Positions 19,165 through 30,173 of a stretch of 64,000 bases of DNA are shown piece by piece. Every line of letters begins with the position of its first letter. Position 1 is the first letter of the stretch. The stretch is from Nitrosopumilus sp. (GTDB lineage Archaea; Thermoproteota; Nitrososphaeria; Nitrososphaerales; Nitrosopumilaceae). Below the pieces are notes generated by a model. It saw nothing but the letters and a program-made list of their open reading frames with translations, had not been told where the DNA came from and did no database searches. The DNA lies in assembly GCA_965218785.1 (NCBI GenBank), contig OZ244650.1:608001-672000 (forward strand), written 5' to 3'. The position numbers and the translations under genes were made by a program.

Positions 19165-20109
19165 ATGCACACAGTACATATTCCAAAAGTTATCAAATTT
19201 GGTGAAAATGCACTTGCTGAGACAGAGTATCCCAAAAATGCCCTTGTAGTAACTACTGCCACTCCTGAACTATCTGGAAAATGGCTTGAGAAAATGGGCA
19301 TTCAAGATTACATGCTTTATGATAAGGTAAATCCAGAACCATCAATTGATGATGTTAATTCATTAATTGCTGAATTTAAAGATAAAAAACCATCCATCCT
19401 GATCGGATTGGGCGGTGGCAGCTCATTGGATGTTGTAAAATATTCCGCTCAGGACTTTGGAGTAGAAAAGATCCTGATTCCAACCACGTTTGGAACAGGA
19501 GCTGAAATGACAACATACTGCGTTTTGAAATTTGATGGCAAAAAGAAACTGTTACATGAAGATCGGTTCCTTGCAGATATGGCCGTTGTTGATTCATATT
19601 TTTTGAAAGGCACTCCACAACAAATCGTAAATAATTCTGTCTGTGATGCCTGCGCCCAAGCAACAGAAGGTTATGATAGCAAGCTTGGAAATGACCTGAC
19701 AAGAACGCTGTGCAAGCAGGCATTTGATATTCTGTATGATGCAATTATGAATGACAAACCAGAGAACTATCCATACGGCTCAATGCTGTCTGGAATGGGA
19801 TTTGGAAATTGCTCAACAACCCTTGGACACGCACTGTCATATGTGTTCTCAAACGAGGGAGTACCCCACGGTTACTCGCTATCATCTTGTACCACGGTGG
19901 CACACAAGCACAACAAGTCAATCTTTTATGATAAATTCAAGCAGGCCATGGAAAAGCTCGGTTTTGATAAATTAGACCTCAAGGCTGATGCATCACAGGC
20001 CGCAGATGTTGTAATGACTGACAAGGGACATTTGGATCCAAACCCGATTCCAATATCCAAAGAAGACGTCATAAAATGTCTTAATGACATCAAAACAGGC
20101 AATTTGTAA
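19165..20109 (+). CDS. Fe-containing alcohol dehydrogenase, probably malonic semialdehyde reductase of the 3HP/4HB cycle
   Basis: GGGSSLD, PTTFGTGAE, HALS, PHG; resembles, from memory, the characterised Nitrosopumilus maritimus enzyme (needs alignment). Confidence 0.8.
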   Translation: MHTVHIPKVIKFGENALAETEYPKNALVVTTATPELSGKWLEKMGIQDYMLYDKVNPEPSIDDVNSLIAEFKDKKPSILIGLGGGSSLDVVKYSAQDFGVEKILIPTTFGTGAEMTTYCVLKFDGKKKLLHEDRFLADMAVVDSYFLKGTPQQIVNNSVCDACAQATEGYDSKLGNDLTRTLCKQAFDILYDAIMNDKPENYPYGSMLSGMGFGNCSTTLGHALSYVFSNEGVPHGYSLSSCTTVAHKHNKSIFYDKFKQAMEKLGFDKLDLKADASQAADVVMTDKGHLDPNPIPISKEDVIKCLNDIKTGNL

Positions 20110-20209
20110 AAATATTCCCATTTTTTATCTTTTTTATATTCTCTTGATAAACTGCGAAATTGGCAGCTTGTCTAAACTTATTTATTCTAATATCTAGACT
20201 TAAAGGTAC

Positions 20210-21310
20210 TTGACTCAAAACAAGCTCAAATTTGGCATTCAAAACGGCCTAAATGTTGCAAGAGCAGGTTATACTGAAGACCAGATTTTGACTGCATGTA
20301 TGCTTGCAGACAAAACAGGTTATGACTCTATCTTCTATATGGATCACACCAATGTACCACAATGGAAAAACGCCATCGTCTTGGATCCCTGGGTTATGTT
20401 ATCTGCAATAGCTGCGATAACAAATAATGTGGAACTGGGAACCTGCGTAACTGATGCAATCCGAAGACATCCATCTAACATCGCACTAGCTGCAATCACA
20501 CTTGACCGGGTTTCAAAAGGCAGGGCGATTCTTGGTATTGGCGCCGGTGAGGCTCAAAATCTTAAGGAATTTTGCATTCCGTTTGAAAAACCGGTTTCAA
20601 AGTGGGAGGAACAAATCGAAACCATTCACACATTGTATGAATCAACTCCGGATAACACGGTAAATTATGATGGGAAATACTACAAACTTGAAGGTGCATG
20701 TCTGCAGGCTCCGCCAATTAGAAAACCACGTCCTCCAACCTACATGGCCGCCGGTGGCAAGCGCACGCTTGGATTGACTGGCAAGCTTGGTGATGGCTGG
20801 CTGCCCATCGGTTACACTCCGATTCTCTTTGCAGATCACAAGGCACAAATCAAAAAATCCATGGATGAAAACAACAGAACCCAAGAAGAAAAAGACAACT
20901 TTGAATTTGCACTTGATATTGACGTATACTTTTCTGAGGATGCAGAGGAATCCTGGGCAAGAATGAAGGAGGCAGTCAAAGTCAGCCTGTTCAAACCTGA
21001 AATCTTGAGAGTTCACGGACTAAAAGAAATTGAGGGATTTGACTTTAGAAAATACTTTACAGAATATTCAATGTCTAATCAGGATTGGATTGTAAAAATG
21101 AGGGAGGCTGCAACTAAAATTCCCGAATCAGTAGCCCGTTCTTCCACTGCTGTTGGCACGCCTGATGATATAATTCCGACATTTGAAAAATTCATGGATG
21201 CCGGTGTTAATCACTTTGTAATTAGATTCTGGGGTAAGAACTACTTTGGCTCCATTGACAAATTCGCAAGTCATGTGATGCCGGCACTTCGAGAAAGGGC
21301 CAAGCAATGA
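20210..21310 (+). CDS. LLM-class (luciferase-like, probably F420-dependent) oxidoreductase
   Basis: MDH, DPWVML, ELGTCVT, TLDRVSKGRAILGIGAGE, GDGWLP. Confidence 0.9.
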   Translation: MTQNKLKFGIQNGLNVARAGYTEDQILTACMLADKTGYDSIFYMDHTNVPQWKNAIVLDPWVMLSAIAAITNNVELGTCVTDAIRRHPSNIALAAITLDRVSKGRAILGIGAGEAQNLKEFCIPFEKPVSKWEEQIETIHTLYESTPDNTVNYDGKYYKLEGACLQAPPIRKPRPPTYMAAGGKRTLGLTGKLGDGWLPIGYTPILFADHKAQIKKSMDENNRTQEEKDNFEFALDIDVYFSEDAEESWARMKEAVKVSLFKPEILRVHGLKEIEGFDFRKYFTEYSMSNQDWIVKMREAATKIPESVARSSTAVGTPDDIIPTFEKFMDAGVNHFVIRFWGKNYFGSIDKFASHVMPALRERAKQ

Positions 21311-21352
21311 CTTTTCCATATCCAGAATCATTCACACTGCCAGTTAAGAATA

Positions 21353-21592
21353 ATGATCGATGACGAGCTTCCCAAGACAGTAAAAAAATGTCTTGATATT
21401 TTAAAAGAAAATGTGGAAATTCTGGCAAATCTTGAGTTTGATTTGGACTCTGAGATCGAGGATGAATTAATGACAGATATGCAATTACATCAGTTATATG
21501 ACATGACTGAGGATGTGGCACAATCCTCAAAAATCAAGCGTGCAGAATCCCATCTAGTAAGAAGAAAAGCAGATGATCCATCTAATTTATGA
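21353..21592 (+). CDS. Small acidic hypothetical protein
   Basis: 79-aa ORF filling the gap. Confidence 0.5.
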   Translation: MIDDELPKTVKKCLDILKENVEILANLEFDLDSEIEDELMTDMQLHQLYDMTEDVAQSSKIKRAESHLVRRKADDPSNL

Positions 21593-21991
21593 TTTATGAG
21601 GTCTTTTGCTTTTTGCAAATGATTTGGTCCTGCGTTTGTTTCTCTGTTTTTCCAGCCTTTTTCTTGTACGTTCAGTGGATTTTGTTGAACCATGAATAAT
21701 CTTTGTTTTGCTTCCGTCCTTTAACATGATCTCCTTTCCCTTGAATCTAAACTCCACATCCCTGCATTTGATATAGTATTTTTTAAGACAGAAAAATATC
21801 CTGTTGTTTGTACCGCGCATGTCCTTGATCTCTTTTGATTTTTTTAACTCATTGATGATATTGCGCAGTAATCCTTTGTCAATATCTGTAATTCTGTGCA
21901 GCTCTCTGAACCAGATGAATCTTGATTTGCCCCCCCATTCCTCTAAAACATCCAAAACCTGCCGTGTATATTCCTCATTTATCTTGCTCAT
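21587..21991 (-). CDS. Winged-HTH-like basic protein
   Basis: WFRELHRITDIDKGLLRNIINELKKSKEI helix-turn-helix pattern. Confidence 0.6.
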   Translation of the reverse strand: MSKINEEYTRQVLDVLEEWGGKSRFIWFRELHRITDIDKGLLRNIINELKKSKEIKDMRGTNNRIFFCLKKYYIKCRDVEFRFKGKEIMLKDGSKTKIIHGSTKSTERTRKRLEKQRNKRRTKSFAKSKRPHKS

Positions 21992-22093
21992 AGCTGTCTT
22001 GGGGTGTCCCCGTATTTTAGGGATTGATTAATAAAAAATTTGGATGAAAAAAGTCAAATTTTAGAATGTTTGCCATTTTTGGTTATTTTTGTA

Positions 22094-22192
22094 ATGGATG
22101 TCATGAGCGTGGAATTAAAAAATGAATGCGCTGCACTAGAATGCAGAATTTTGGAAATCAAGGCACTCGAAAAGGAATTAGACGAATACTAG
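22094..22192 (+). CDS. Possible 32-aa coiled-coil peptide
   Basis: MDVMSVELKNECAALECRILEIKALEKELDEY, divergent from the wHTH gene. Confidence 0.3.
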   Translation: MDVMSVELKNECAALECRILEIKALEKELDEY

Positions 22193-22242
22193 TAGTCATT
22201 TCTGGGACTGCTCGATTTATAAAATGATTTTTCATAACCTTT

Positions 22243-22878
22243 GTGTTGAAACTAGTGGGGATACTGCAGATCAAATCATATGAAAAAATCAAGGAATTTC
22301 TGCAAAAAGAGCACGTTGGAAGAATCTCTAGTATTGATGGGGATGGATTTCCTCAGATAATTCCGATGAATTTTGTTCTTTTAGATGATTTTATCTACAT
22401 GCACTCTCACATCAAGGGTGAAAAACTGGATAATATTTCTAAAAACAACAAGGTCGGCTTTGAAGCGGACAGGGAACTAGAGTTCCTGCCATCCTATTTT
22501 GAGGATCCACAAGATGCATCCCTGGCAGATACCCTGTACATCAGTGTTGTAGTCAAGGGTCTGGGTTCTCTTGTTGATGACAGGGAGGAAAAAACGCTTG
22601 CGCTAAACGGATTGATGGAAAAATATCAGCCTGAGGGGCAGTATGAGCCGATCAGAGCAGACATGCAGGTCCTGGATCATGTTGCGGTAATCAAGATAGT
22701 CCCGCAGATACTGCATGGAAAATACAAGATTGGTCAGAATGTAAATCCTGAAAAAAGAATGGTTCTGGCACAAAAAATTCTAAAAAGAAATTCCCCCACT
22801 GCCGGACAAACCCTGAAAGTTATGGGCTTTGAGGTTTCTGATGACGGACTCAAGATGGTTGATGAGCCCGTATGGTAG
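22243..22878 (+). CDS. Pyridoxamine 5'-phosphate oxidase-like (NimA-type) flavin-binding protein
   Basis: GRISS, PQIIPMNF, YMHS..KGEKL, YISVVVKG, GKYKIGQ. Confidence 0.85.
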   Translation: MLKLVGILQIKSYEKIKEFLQKEHVGRISSIDGDGFPQIIPMNFVLLDDFIYMHSHIKGEKLDNISKNNKVGFEADRELEFLPSYFEDPQDASLADTLYISVVVKGLGSLVDDREEKTLALNGLMEKYQPEGQYEPIRADMQVLDHVAVIKIVPQILHGKYKIGQNVNPEKRMVLAQKILKRNSPTAGQTLKVMGFEVSDDGLKMVDEPVW

Positions 22879-23120
22879 ACTGATAACAAGTCGACTGTTG
22901 TCTAAAGTATTTTCTGTCATATTTGGCATCTGGGTGCAATGCATGATTGTGATTGCAAGTTTACACCTCTTTATTTACAGTAAATCTTTGTATGGATGCG
23001 TTTTTTGTTCTCTGCGATTAGTTTGAGAATATTTCATAAATCTTGATTTCTGAGTTTGATACAGATTTGCATAGTATCATTAGATCGGATTGATCATAAT
23101 TGCCCTTTGTTGAATCTGAC

Positions 23121-23165
23121 GTTTTGGTGCATTTTGGTAATCAGATCGCTAGAATCCACCAGAAC
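23121..23165. repeat. 45-bp imperfect palindrome, copy 1 of a direct repeat flanking hicBA
   Basis: gttttggtgcattttggtaatcagatcgctagaatccaccagaac. Confidence 0.9.
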
Positions 23166-23197
23166 CACCCAAAATTACTTTGTAAGGCTAAAAAGAA

Positions 23198-23428
23198 TTA
23201 TTTATCTTCATTACATTTGCTGTAAATTACCTTAAAAAATGGAAATGGCAGTTTCATAACATTAAGATATTTGGTAATTTGATCTTCTCTTAATTTATTC
23301 TTCTTTGCAATGACAACCCTGCTCATCTGTGGATGTTGGAAGAACAAAAAACCTGATGATAAAGTAGGTACCTGAGTGTAACCAAGTGTGACTAAAACTT
23401 TTTTAAAATGATGCCAATTAAACTTCAA
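23198..23428 (-). CDS. HicA-like toxin (dsRBD fold)
   Basis: FKKVLVTLGY...FFQHP...VVI; basic, 76 aa, overlaps its partner. Confidence 0.65.
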   Translation of the reverse strand: MKFNWHHFKKVLVTLGYTQVPTLSSGFLFFQHPQMSRVVIAKKNKLREDQITKYLNVMKLPFPFFKVIYSKCNEDK

Positions 23429-23636
23429 TGAAGTTGGTCTCTATCATTTTGTTATCTGGAGTAAAAAACTCCATTTTGGTTTCTGGAAATGCTTCCACAT
23501 ACCCTTTGACAATCTCTTTGAAATTTGATTTTATCTCTGTCTTGTTTTTACCAACTACAATTATTTCCGGATTATCCAAACATTGAGCTAGCATACCCTC
23601 CTTGGTCTTTGTTAACTTTACCTGTAATATTGTCAT
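23418..23636 (-). CDS. Short HicB-like antitoxin
   Basis: GMLAQCLDNPEIIVVGKNKTEIKSNFKEIVKGY matches the HicB partial RNase H fold. Confidence 0.7.
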   Translation of the reverse strand: MTILQVKLTKTKEGMLAQCLDNPEIIVVGKNKTEIKSNFKEIVKGYVEAFPETKMEFFTPDNKMIETNFIEV

Positions 23637-23701
23637 GATAATTAATATTAAAATTATTATATATATGTATTATCAATCAAAGGTTGAGTTTTTGATTAAT
23701 C

Positions 23702-23746
23702 CTTCTGGTGCATTTTGGTGATCAGATCGCTAGAATCCACCAGAAC
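23702..23746. repeat. 45-bp imperfect palindrome, copy 2 of a direct repeat flanking hicBA
   Basis: cttctggtgcattttggtgatcagatcgctagaatccaccagaac; 42/45 identical to copy 1. Confidence 0.9.
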
Positions 23747-23806
23747 TAAATCTGAGATCATCTGATATCTGATTGCTTTAAATTCAGTTTTCAGGGACTG
23801 TATCCA

Positions 23807-25759
23807 TTGAAACGTTCATCCAGCTTTGAGCTAGTGTCTGATTATATTCCCACCGGGGACCAGCCACAGGCAATTGACACACTAGTCGCCGGCGTGAAAA
23901 GAAAGACCGTGCAAACACTGATTGGAGTTACAGGAAGTGGCAAGACTTTTTCAGTTGCAAATGTTATTGCCAGAACAGGAAAAAACACCCTGGTAATATC
24001 CCACAACAAGACCCTTGCAGCCCAGCTTTATTCGGAATTAAAGCAGTTTTTCCCAAAAAACAACGTTGGTTATTTTGTATCATACTATGATTACTATCAG
24101 CCTGAAAGTTACCTCCCACAAACTGATACATACATTGAAAAAGACACCCAGATCAACGAGAAAATTGAAAAATTAAGACTAGAGGCAACTGCCATGCTGC
24201 TTTCAGGAGAGCCTACAATAATCGTATCCACCGTATCCTGTATCTACTCACTTGGAAATCCACGGGACTGGAATGACATGGCAATTACAATTGGCACCGG
24301 TGATGAAATTAAGCGAGATAATATAATTAGAAAGCTCGTTGATGCCAGATATGAAAGAAACGACACTGAAATCATACCGGGACGCTTCAAAGTGAAAGGC
24401 GATACAATCAGTGTCATTCCTGCGTATTCTGAGGATATAGTTAAAATCTCAATGTTTGGAGATGAGGTTGAAAAAATCACCCTGCTTGATCCCGTCTCAT
24501 CAAAAGAAAAACAAAAAATTCCACAAATCAGAATTTATCCTGCCAAACACTATCTTATTGCAAAGGACGTTCGAAAAAAGGCAGTCAAATCAATCAAAGC
24601 GGAATTAAAAAACCATTTACCACAACTAAATGAATTGGAAAATCAGCGACTTGAGATGCGGACAAACTATGATTTGGAAATGATTGAAGAGCTGGGTTAC
24701 TGTTCTGGAATCGAAAACTACTCCAGACACTTTGATGGAAGAAGACCCGGAGAAAAGGCATTCTGCCTGATGGATTTTTTCGGTGATGACTATCTCCTAG
24801 TCATCGACGAATCCCACGTGACATTGCCACAGCTTCACGGAATGTACAAGGGGGATCATTCCAGAAAAAAAGAGCTTGTAACATACGGATTCAGACTGCC
24901 AAGTGCATATGACAACCGTCCATTAAAATTCGAGGAATTTGAAAAATACATTCAAAATACGATATTTGTATCTGCCACTCCCGCAGAATATGAGAAAAAA
25001 ACATCCTCAAAAATCGCCGAGCAACTAGTCAGACCTACGGGCCTGCTTGATCCCATCATCGAGGTTAGATCAACTAAAAACCAGCTCGATGATCTAATCC
25101 TGGAGATCAACAAAAGGGCAGAAAACTCTGAGCGCGTTCTAGTCACCACCCTTACTAAAAGAATGGCAGAGGATTTGGCTGAATATCTCTCAAAAAAACA
25201 AGTCAGGGTCCGGTACATGCACTCAGAGATAGAGGGATTGCAAAGGACCGAGATAATCCGGCAGCTGCGCCTAGGCGAGTTTGACGTGCTAGTTGGCATC
25301 AACCTTCTTCGTGAAGGATTGGATATTCCAGAGGTCTCCTTAGTGGCAATTTTAGATGCAGACAAGGAGGGGTTTTTACGAAATTTTACCAGCCTTATCC
25401 AGACATGCGGCCGCGCTTCAAGAAATAAAAACGGATCTGTAATAATGTATGCTGATACCACGACACAGTCCATGAAAAACACCATGGATGAGACCAGACG
25501 CCGTAGGAAAAAACAAATCTGCTGGAATCAGGAGCATGATATCACTCCCAGAACCATCATAAAATCCGTCCCAGAACAGGTTACAGCACTAGATGATTCA
25601 AAGCTGAAATCTGTCCATGATCTCAATACTGATATCATTGATTTGGAGGCACAGATGACAACATATTCTATTGATTTGGATTTTGAGCGGGCAATAGAAT
25701 GTCGGGATAGAATAAAAAGACTGAACAAGGAGATTGCATTCAAAGTTGGCAGAAAATAA
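23807..25759 (+). CDS. uvrB: Excinuclease ABC subunit B
   Basis: [40 protein letters not shown]. Confidence 0.98.
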   Translation: MKRSSSFELVSDYIPTGDQPQAIDTLVAGVKRKTVQTLIGVTGSGKTFSVANVIARTGKNTLVISHNKTLAAQLYSELKQFFPKNNVGYFVSYYDYYQPESYLPQTDTYIEKDTQINEKIEKLRLEATAMLLSGEPTIIVSTVSCIYSLGNPRDWNDMAITIGTGDEIKRDNIIRKLVDARYERNDTEIIPGRFKVKGDTISVIPAYSEDIVKISMFGDEVEKITLLDPVSSKEKQKIPQIRIYPAKHYLIAKDVRKKAVKSIKAELKNHLPQLNELENQRLEMRTNYDLEMIEELGYCSGIENYSRHFDGRRPGEKAFCLMDFFGDDYLLVIDESHVTLPQLHGMYKGDHSRKKELVTYGFRLPSAYDNRPLKFEEFEKYIQNTIFVSATPAEYEKKTSSKIAEQLVRPTGLLDPIIEVRSTKNQLDDLILEINKRAENSERVLVTTLTKRMAEDLAEYLSKKQVRVRYMHSEIEGLQRTEIIRQLRLGEFDVLVGINLLREGLDIPEVSLVAILDADKEGFLRNFTSLIQTCGRASRNKNGSVIMYADTTTQSMKNTMDETRRRRKKQICWNQEHDITPRTIIKSVPEQVTALDDSKLKSVHDLNTDIIDLEAQMTTYSIDLDFERAIECRDRIKRLNKEIAFKVGRK

Positions 25760-28571
25760 ACTAAGGATTCGCGGTGCGCGACACCACAATCTGAAAAATT
25801 TGGACGTTGATATCCCGAAAAACAACCTAGTTGTAATAAGCGGGCTGTCAGGTTCTGGAAAATCCACACTTGCTTTTGATACCATCTATGCGGAGGGTCA
25901 AAGACGGTATGTGGAGTCCCTTTCCTCATATGCCCGCCAGTTTCTAGAAATGATGGACAAGCCGGATGTTGACTCCATCGAGGGTCTCTCACCTGCAATA
26001 TCCATCCAGCAAAAAACCACCAGCAAGAACCCGCGCTCCACTGTTGGCACCACCACAGAAATTTATGATTACATGAGATTGCTTTTTGCACGAATTGGAA
26101 TTCCTTATTGCACAAACTGCAAAAGAAAAATCTCCACCCAGTCAATTGAAACAATCTGTGATTCTGTTCTCAAGGATTTCAAGGGAAGGAAGATCCTTGT
26201 CCTATCGCCCATAATCCGGAGAAAAAAGGGGACGTATGAGAAACTATTTGAGCAGATCAAAAAGGACGGATACTCTAGAATCCGCCTAAACGGGCAGGTT
26301 TTAAACCTGGATGAGGAGATTCCGCCATTAGACAGGCAAAAATGGCATAACATCGAGATTGTAGTTGACAGAATCACGGCTGAAAAATCCGAGCGCTCCA
26401 GACTCTTTGAAGCAATACAGACTGCCATCAAGGCATCAAAGGGGGATGTGATGATTGCATTTGAAAAAACGGAAAAAATCTTCTCACAAAACAACGCCTG
26501 TCCCTACTGCGGTTTGACTGTGGGGGAACTAGAACCCAGAACTTTTTCGTTTAATTCGCCGTTTGGCATGTGTAATACCTGTAATGGATTGGGTGTAAAG
26601 ATGGAGTTTGATGCAGATCTGGTGATACCTGATAAGACAAAGTCGATTTTAGATGGCGCAATAGTTCCTTGGAGCGGAAGATTCTCCTCATTTAGAAGAC
26701 AGGCACTAAGAACCGTTGGTAAAAAATTCGGGTTTGATCTAATGACCCCGATTGAAAAAATAAAACCAAGGCATCTTGATATCATCCTGTCTGGCACGGA
26801 TGATCTAATTGATTTTAAATACCGCTCAAAATCCGGAGATTCATCCTGGCAATCCACTAACGCCTTTGAGGGAGTGCTTGCAAACCTTCAGCGTGTCTTC
26901 ATGGAGACTGACTCTGAATCAAAACGTGAATGGTTAAAACAGTTCATGAGGGATACCCCCTGCACCACCTGTACCGGCAAAAAACTAAGGGCAGAATCAC
27001 TTGCAGTCAAAATCAGCAATAACGGAATCATGGATGTATGTGACATGTCCATTGACAACTGTTATGACTTTTTTTCTACGTTAAAGCTGACTGAAACCGA
27101 ACAGTACATCGCAAGGGATGTTCTAAAGGAGATAAAAGAGCGGCTGGAGTTTCTGATGAATGTCGGATTAAACTATCTCACATTAAACAGATCAAGTGCC
27201 ACATTATCTGGAGGTGAATCACAGCGAATCAGACTGGCAACGCAGATCGGCTCCAATCTGACTGGCGTCCTGTACGTTCTTGACGAGCCGACAGTTGGCC
27301 TGCATCAGCGTGACAATCAAAGACTCATTAAAACGCTAACAAAGCTGCGGGACCTTGGAAATACCGTGATAGTTGTGGAGCATGACGAAGAAATCATACG
27401 AAATTCCGACTGGATAGTCGATTTGGGTCCCGGTGCCGGGGTACACGGCGGTAATGTGGTTTTTGAAGGCACCATAGATAAAATTCTTGATGGGCACAAG
27501 TCAGTTACCGGCAACTATCTAAAGAATCACTCCCTGATACATCTGAAAAACAAGATACGAAACCGCGACTGTCCTAACTCAATAATCATCAAAAAGGCAT
27601 CAGAAAACAATCTTAAAAACATTAATGTTGAAATCCCCCTTGGACTATTCGTCTCAGTTACCGGGGTTTCTGGTTCTGGAAAATCGACTCTGATAAACGA
27701 CATACTGCTAAAGTCCCTGCAGAATCATTTTTACAAATCAAATGTGAGGCCTGGAACCCACAAGGAGATCACCGGTTTGGAGAACATTGACAAGGTAATT
27801 GCAATAGATCAATCCCCGATTGGCAGGACGCCGCGCTCCAATCCTGCAACATACATCGGTGCATTTACCCCCATCAGGGAACTTTATGCAGGTACCGAAT
27901 TATCAAAAGAACGGGGATATGCCCCCGGACAGTTCTCCTTTAATGTGGCCAACGGAAGGTGCTTTGCCTGTGACGGTGACGGTGTAAAACAAATTGAAAT
28001 GCAGTTTCTCTCTGATGTCTATGTAAAGTGTGACGAATGCAAGGGAAAACGGTACAACTCTGAGACACTTTCTGTGTTGTACAAGGGCAAAAACATCTCT
28101 GATATATTGGATATGACAGTTTATGAGGCATTAAATTTCTTTGAGAATATTCCTGCAATAAAACGGAAATTAGAGACTGTCTATGATGTTGGATTGGGCT
28201 ACATCAAACTGGGGCAGTCCTCAACTACATTGTCTGGCGGCGAGGCCCAAAGAGTAAAGCTCGCATCAGAGTTATCAAAGCGGGGAACCGGAAAAACCCT
28301 CTACATCCTAGATGAGCCCACCACCGGACTTCATTTTGCAGACGTTCAAAAACTATTAGACGTACTAAACCGATTGACAAATCTGGGAAATACGGTGGTG
28401 GTAATCGAGCATAACATGGATGTGATTAAGAACTCTGACTGGCTAATTGATCTTGGACCGGAGGGCGGTGAGAAGGGAGGGTATGTCGTATCTGTTGGAA
28501 CCCCACGGGATGTGGCCCGGTCCACTGCAAGTTATACCGGGAAATATCTAAAGAAACTATTGAAAAAATGA
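25746..28571 (+). CDS. uvrA: Excinuclease ABC subunit A
   Basis: Two ABC domains ([16 protein letters not shown]; LSGGE), zinc fingers; probable TTG start at 25746. Confidence 0.98.
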   Translation: MAENKLRIRGARHHNLKNLDVDIPKNNLVVISGLSGSGKSTLAFDTIYAEGQRRYVESLSSYARQFLEMMDKPDVDSIEGLSPAISIQQKTTSKNPRSTVGTTTEIYDYMRLLFARIGIPYCTNCKRKISTQSIETICDSVLKDFKGRKILVLSPIIRRKKGTYEKLFEQIKKDGYSRIRLNGQVLNLDEEIPPLDRQKWHNIEIVVDRITAEKSERSRLFEAIQTAIKASKGDVMIAFEKTEKIFSQNNACPYCGLTVGELEPRTFSFNSPFGMCNTCNGLGVKMEFDADLVIPDKTKSILDGAIVPWSGRFSSFRRQALRTVGKKFGFDLMTPIEKIKPRHLDIILSGTDDLIDFKYRSKSGDSSWQSTNAFEGVLANLQRVFMETDSESKREWLKQFMRDTPCTTCTGKKLRAESLAVKISNNGIMDVCDMSIDNCYDFFSTLKLTETEQYIARDVLKEIKERLEFLMNVGLNYLTLNRSSATLSGGESQRIRLATQIGSNLTGVLYVLDEPTVGLHQRDNQRLIKTLTKLRDLGNTVIVVEHDEEIIRNSDWIVDLGPGAGVHGGNVVFEGTIDKILDGHKSVTGNYLKNHSLIHLKNKIRNRDCPNSIIIKKASENNLKNINVEIPLGLFVSVTGVSGSGKSTLINDILLKSLQNHFYKSNVRPGTHKEITGLENIDKVIAIDQSPIGRTPRSNPATYIGAFTPIRELYAGTELSKERGYAPGQFSFNVANGRCFACDGDGVKQIEMQFLSDVYVKCDECKGKRYNSETLSVLYKGKNISDILDMTVYEALNFFENIPAIKRKLETVYDVGLGYIKLGQSSTTLSGGEAQRVKLASELSKRGTGKTLYILDEPTTGLHFADVQKLLDVLNRLTNLGNTVVVIEHNMDVIKNSDWLIDLGPEGGEKGGYVVSVGTPRDVARSTASYTGKYLKKLLKK

Positions 28572-30154
28572 CTTTTGATATCTCCAAAACTGCAATTCCC
28601 GTCTCCCCTGGAATATACCTGATGAGGGATTCTGATGAAAATATCATCTATATTGGCAAGGCAAAGAATCTGAAAAACCGTGTAAGATCATATTTCCTGA
28701 AAAACCAGAACTACAAAACCCAGAAACTAGTAGAAAACATCTCTGATATTGAATTTGTCCTGACTAATAATGAAAGCGAGGCATTTCTTTTGGAATCAAA
28801 CATGATAAAAAAACACCGCCCTAAATTCAACATTGAATTAAAAGATCAGCAAAGATACACATATCTTCGAATTTCTGATGAAAAATACCCCAGACTGCTG
28901 GTGGCCAGAAGGACCAGGGATGGAAGATTTTTAGGCAAAGGTCAGACATTCGGACCGTTTACCCAGGGCAGCTCCAAACTGCTTACAATTGGCACGCTAA
29001 GAAAGGCATTTCAAATTAGAATCTGCAAGACCCTTCCAAAAAAGGTGTGTCTGGAATACCATCTGGGGAACTGTGAGGGTCCGTGTGAATTCAAAGACGC
29101 ACAAAAAAGGTACCCCCAGCACGTTGCCGCACTAGGAGACGTTCTAAAGGGGAAAAACCAGGCCCGAATTTTTGCCAAAAAGCTAGAAGAAGAGATGCGT
29201 AATGCCGCTAAAATCCAGCAGTTTGAGCGTGCAAAAGACATACGTGATACCCTGATCCGGCTTGCAAGTCTTCAGACCAAACAAAACATGGAATATGTAA
29301 AAAACTCTGATGAGGAATATTTTGGCATACAGATACAGGAGCACTCTGCCACAATCATGAATTTCAGGATGATTCACGGCGTGATTCGAGACAGTGACAA
29401 GTTCTTTTTTGATCTAGTCGGGGACAACTCTTTTTCAAACTTTCTTTATCAGTATTACACCACACATACAATCCCGAAATTCATCCTTGTAAACACGATT
29501 CCCGGTAATTACAAATTACTGGAATCCCTGCTTTCTGAACAGGCCGGATTCACCGTCAGAATCCAGGTTCCCGCCCGTGGGAAGAAAAAAGACATCCTGA
29601 ATCTGATTTTAAAAAATATCAAGCTGATTCATTCAAAAGGTGGAGATCCCGGAGTGGCAGAATTAAAGGAGATACTAGGCATGTCTGTGACACCCAGGGT
29701 CATTGAATGTTTTGATATCTCAAACCATGGTGCGGACTTTGCAGTGGGGTCTATGGCCAGGTTTGTAGACGGGCAGCCAAACAAATCAGGATACAGAAGA
29801 TTCAAAATCAGGACCGTATCTGGCAGAGACGACTATGCAATGATTGGGGAGATTATCAAGCGAAGATATTATCGGTTACTGGAGGAAAACTCGGAGCTTC
29901 CTGATCTGATTGTAATAGACGGCGGCCGGGGGCAGCTAAACGCAGCTTTGAGATCCCTAGAATCACTTGGATTGGATCTTCCGTGTATTTCATTGGCCAA
30001 AGAAAATGAGGAGGTATTTGCCCCGAGGAGCAAAAACCCCATAGTAATTCCGAAAAACAAACCCTCCTTGAAAATCTTACAGCATGCCCGGGATGAGACT
30101 CATAGATTTGGAGTCGCATACAATAGAACCATTAGAAAAAACAAAATAAAATAA
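28568..30154 (+). CDS. uvrC: Excinuclease ABC subunit C
   Basis: GIY-YIG motif, FDISN, DGGRGQ, RDETHRF. Confidence 0.97.
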   Translation: MTFDISKTAIPVSPGIYLMRDSDENIIYIGKAKNLKNRVRSYFLKNQNYKTQKLVENISDIEFVLTNNESEAFLLESNMIKKHRPKFNIELKDQQRYTYLRISDEKYPRLLVARRTRDGRFLGKGQTFGPFTQGSSKLLTIGTLRKAFQIRICKTLPKKVCLEYHLGNCEGPCEFKDAQKRYPQHVAALGDVLKGKNQARIFAKKLEEEMRNAAKIQQFERAKDIRDTLIRLASLQTKQNMEYVKNSDEEYFGIQIQEHSATIMNFRMIHGVIRDSDKFFFDLVGDNSFSNFLYQYYTTHTIPKFILVNTIPGNYKLLESLLSEQAGFTVRIQVPARGKKKDILNLILKNIKLIHSKGGDPGVAELKEILGMSVTPRVIECFDISNHGADFAVGSMARFVDGQPNKSGYRRFKIRTVSGRDDYAMIGEIIKRRYYRLLEENSELPDLIVIDGGRGQLNAALRSLESLGLDLPCISLAKENEEVFAPRSKNPIVIPKNKPSLKILQHARDETHRFGVAYNRTIRKNKIK

Positions 30155-30173
30155 TAAAAAAGGAAGGTTTTGG

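Noticed and set aside
23121-23746. Canonical integron attC sites or plain HicB operators
   Set aside because: R''/R' boxes are not in attC order and no intI is seen; an operator would not explain the copy downstream of the toxin.
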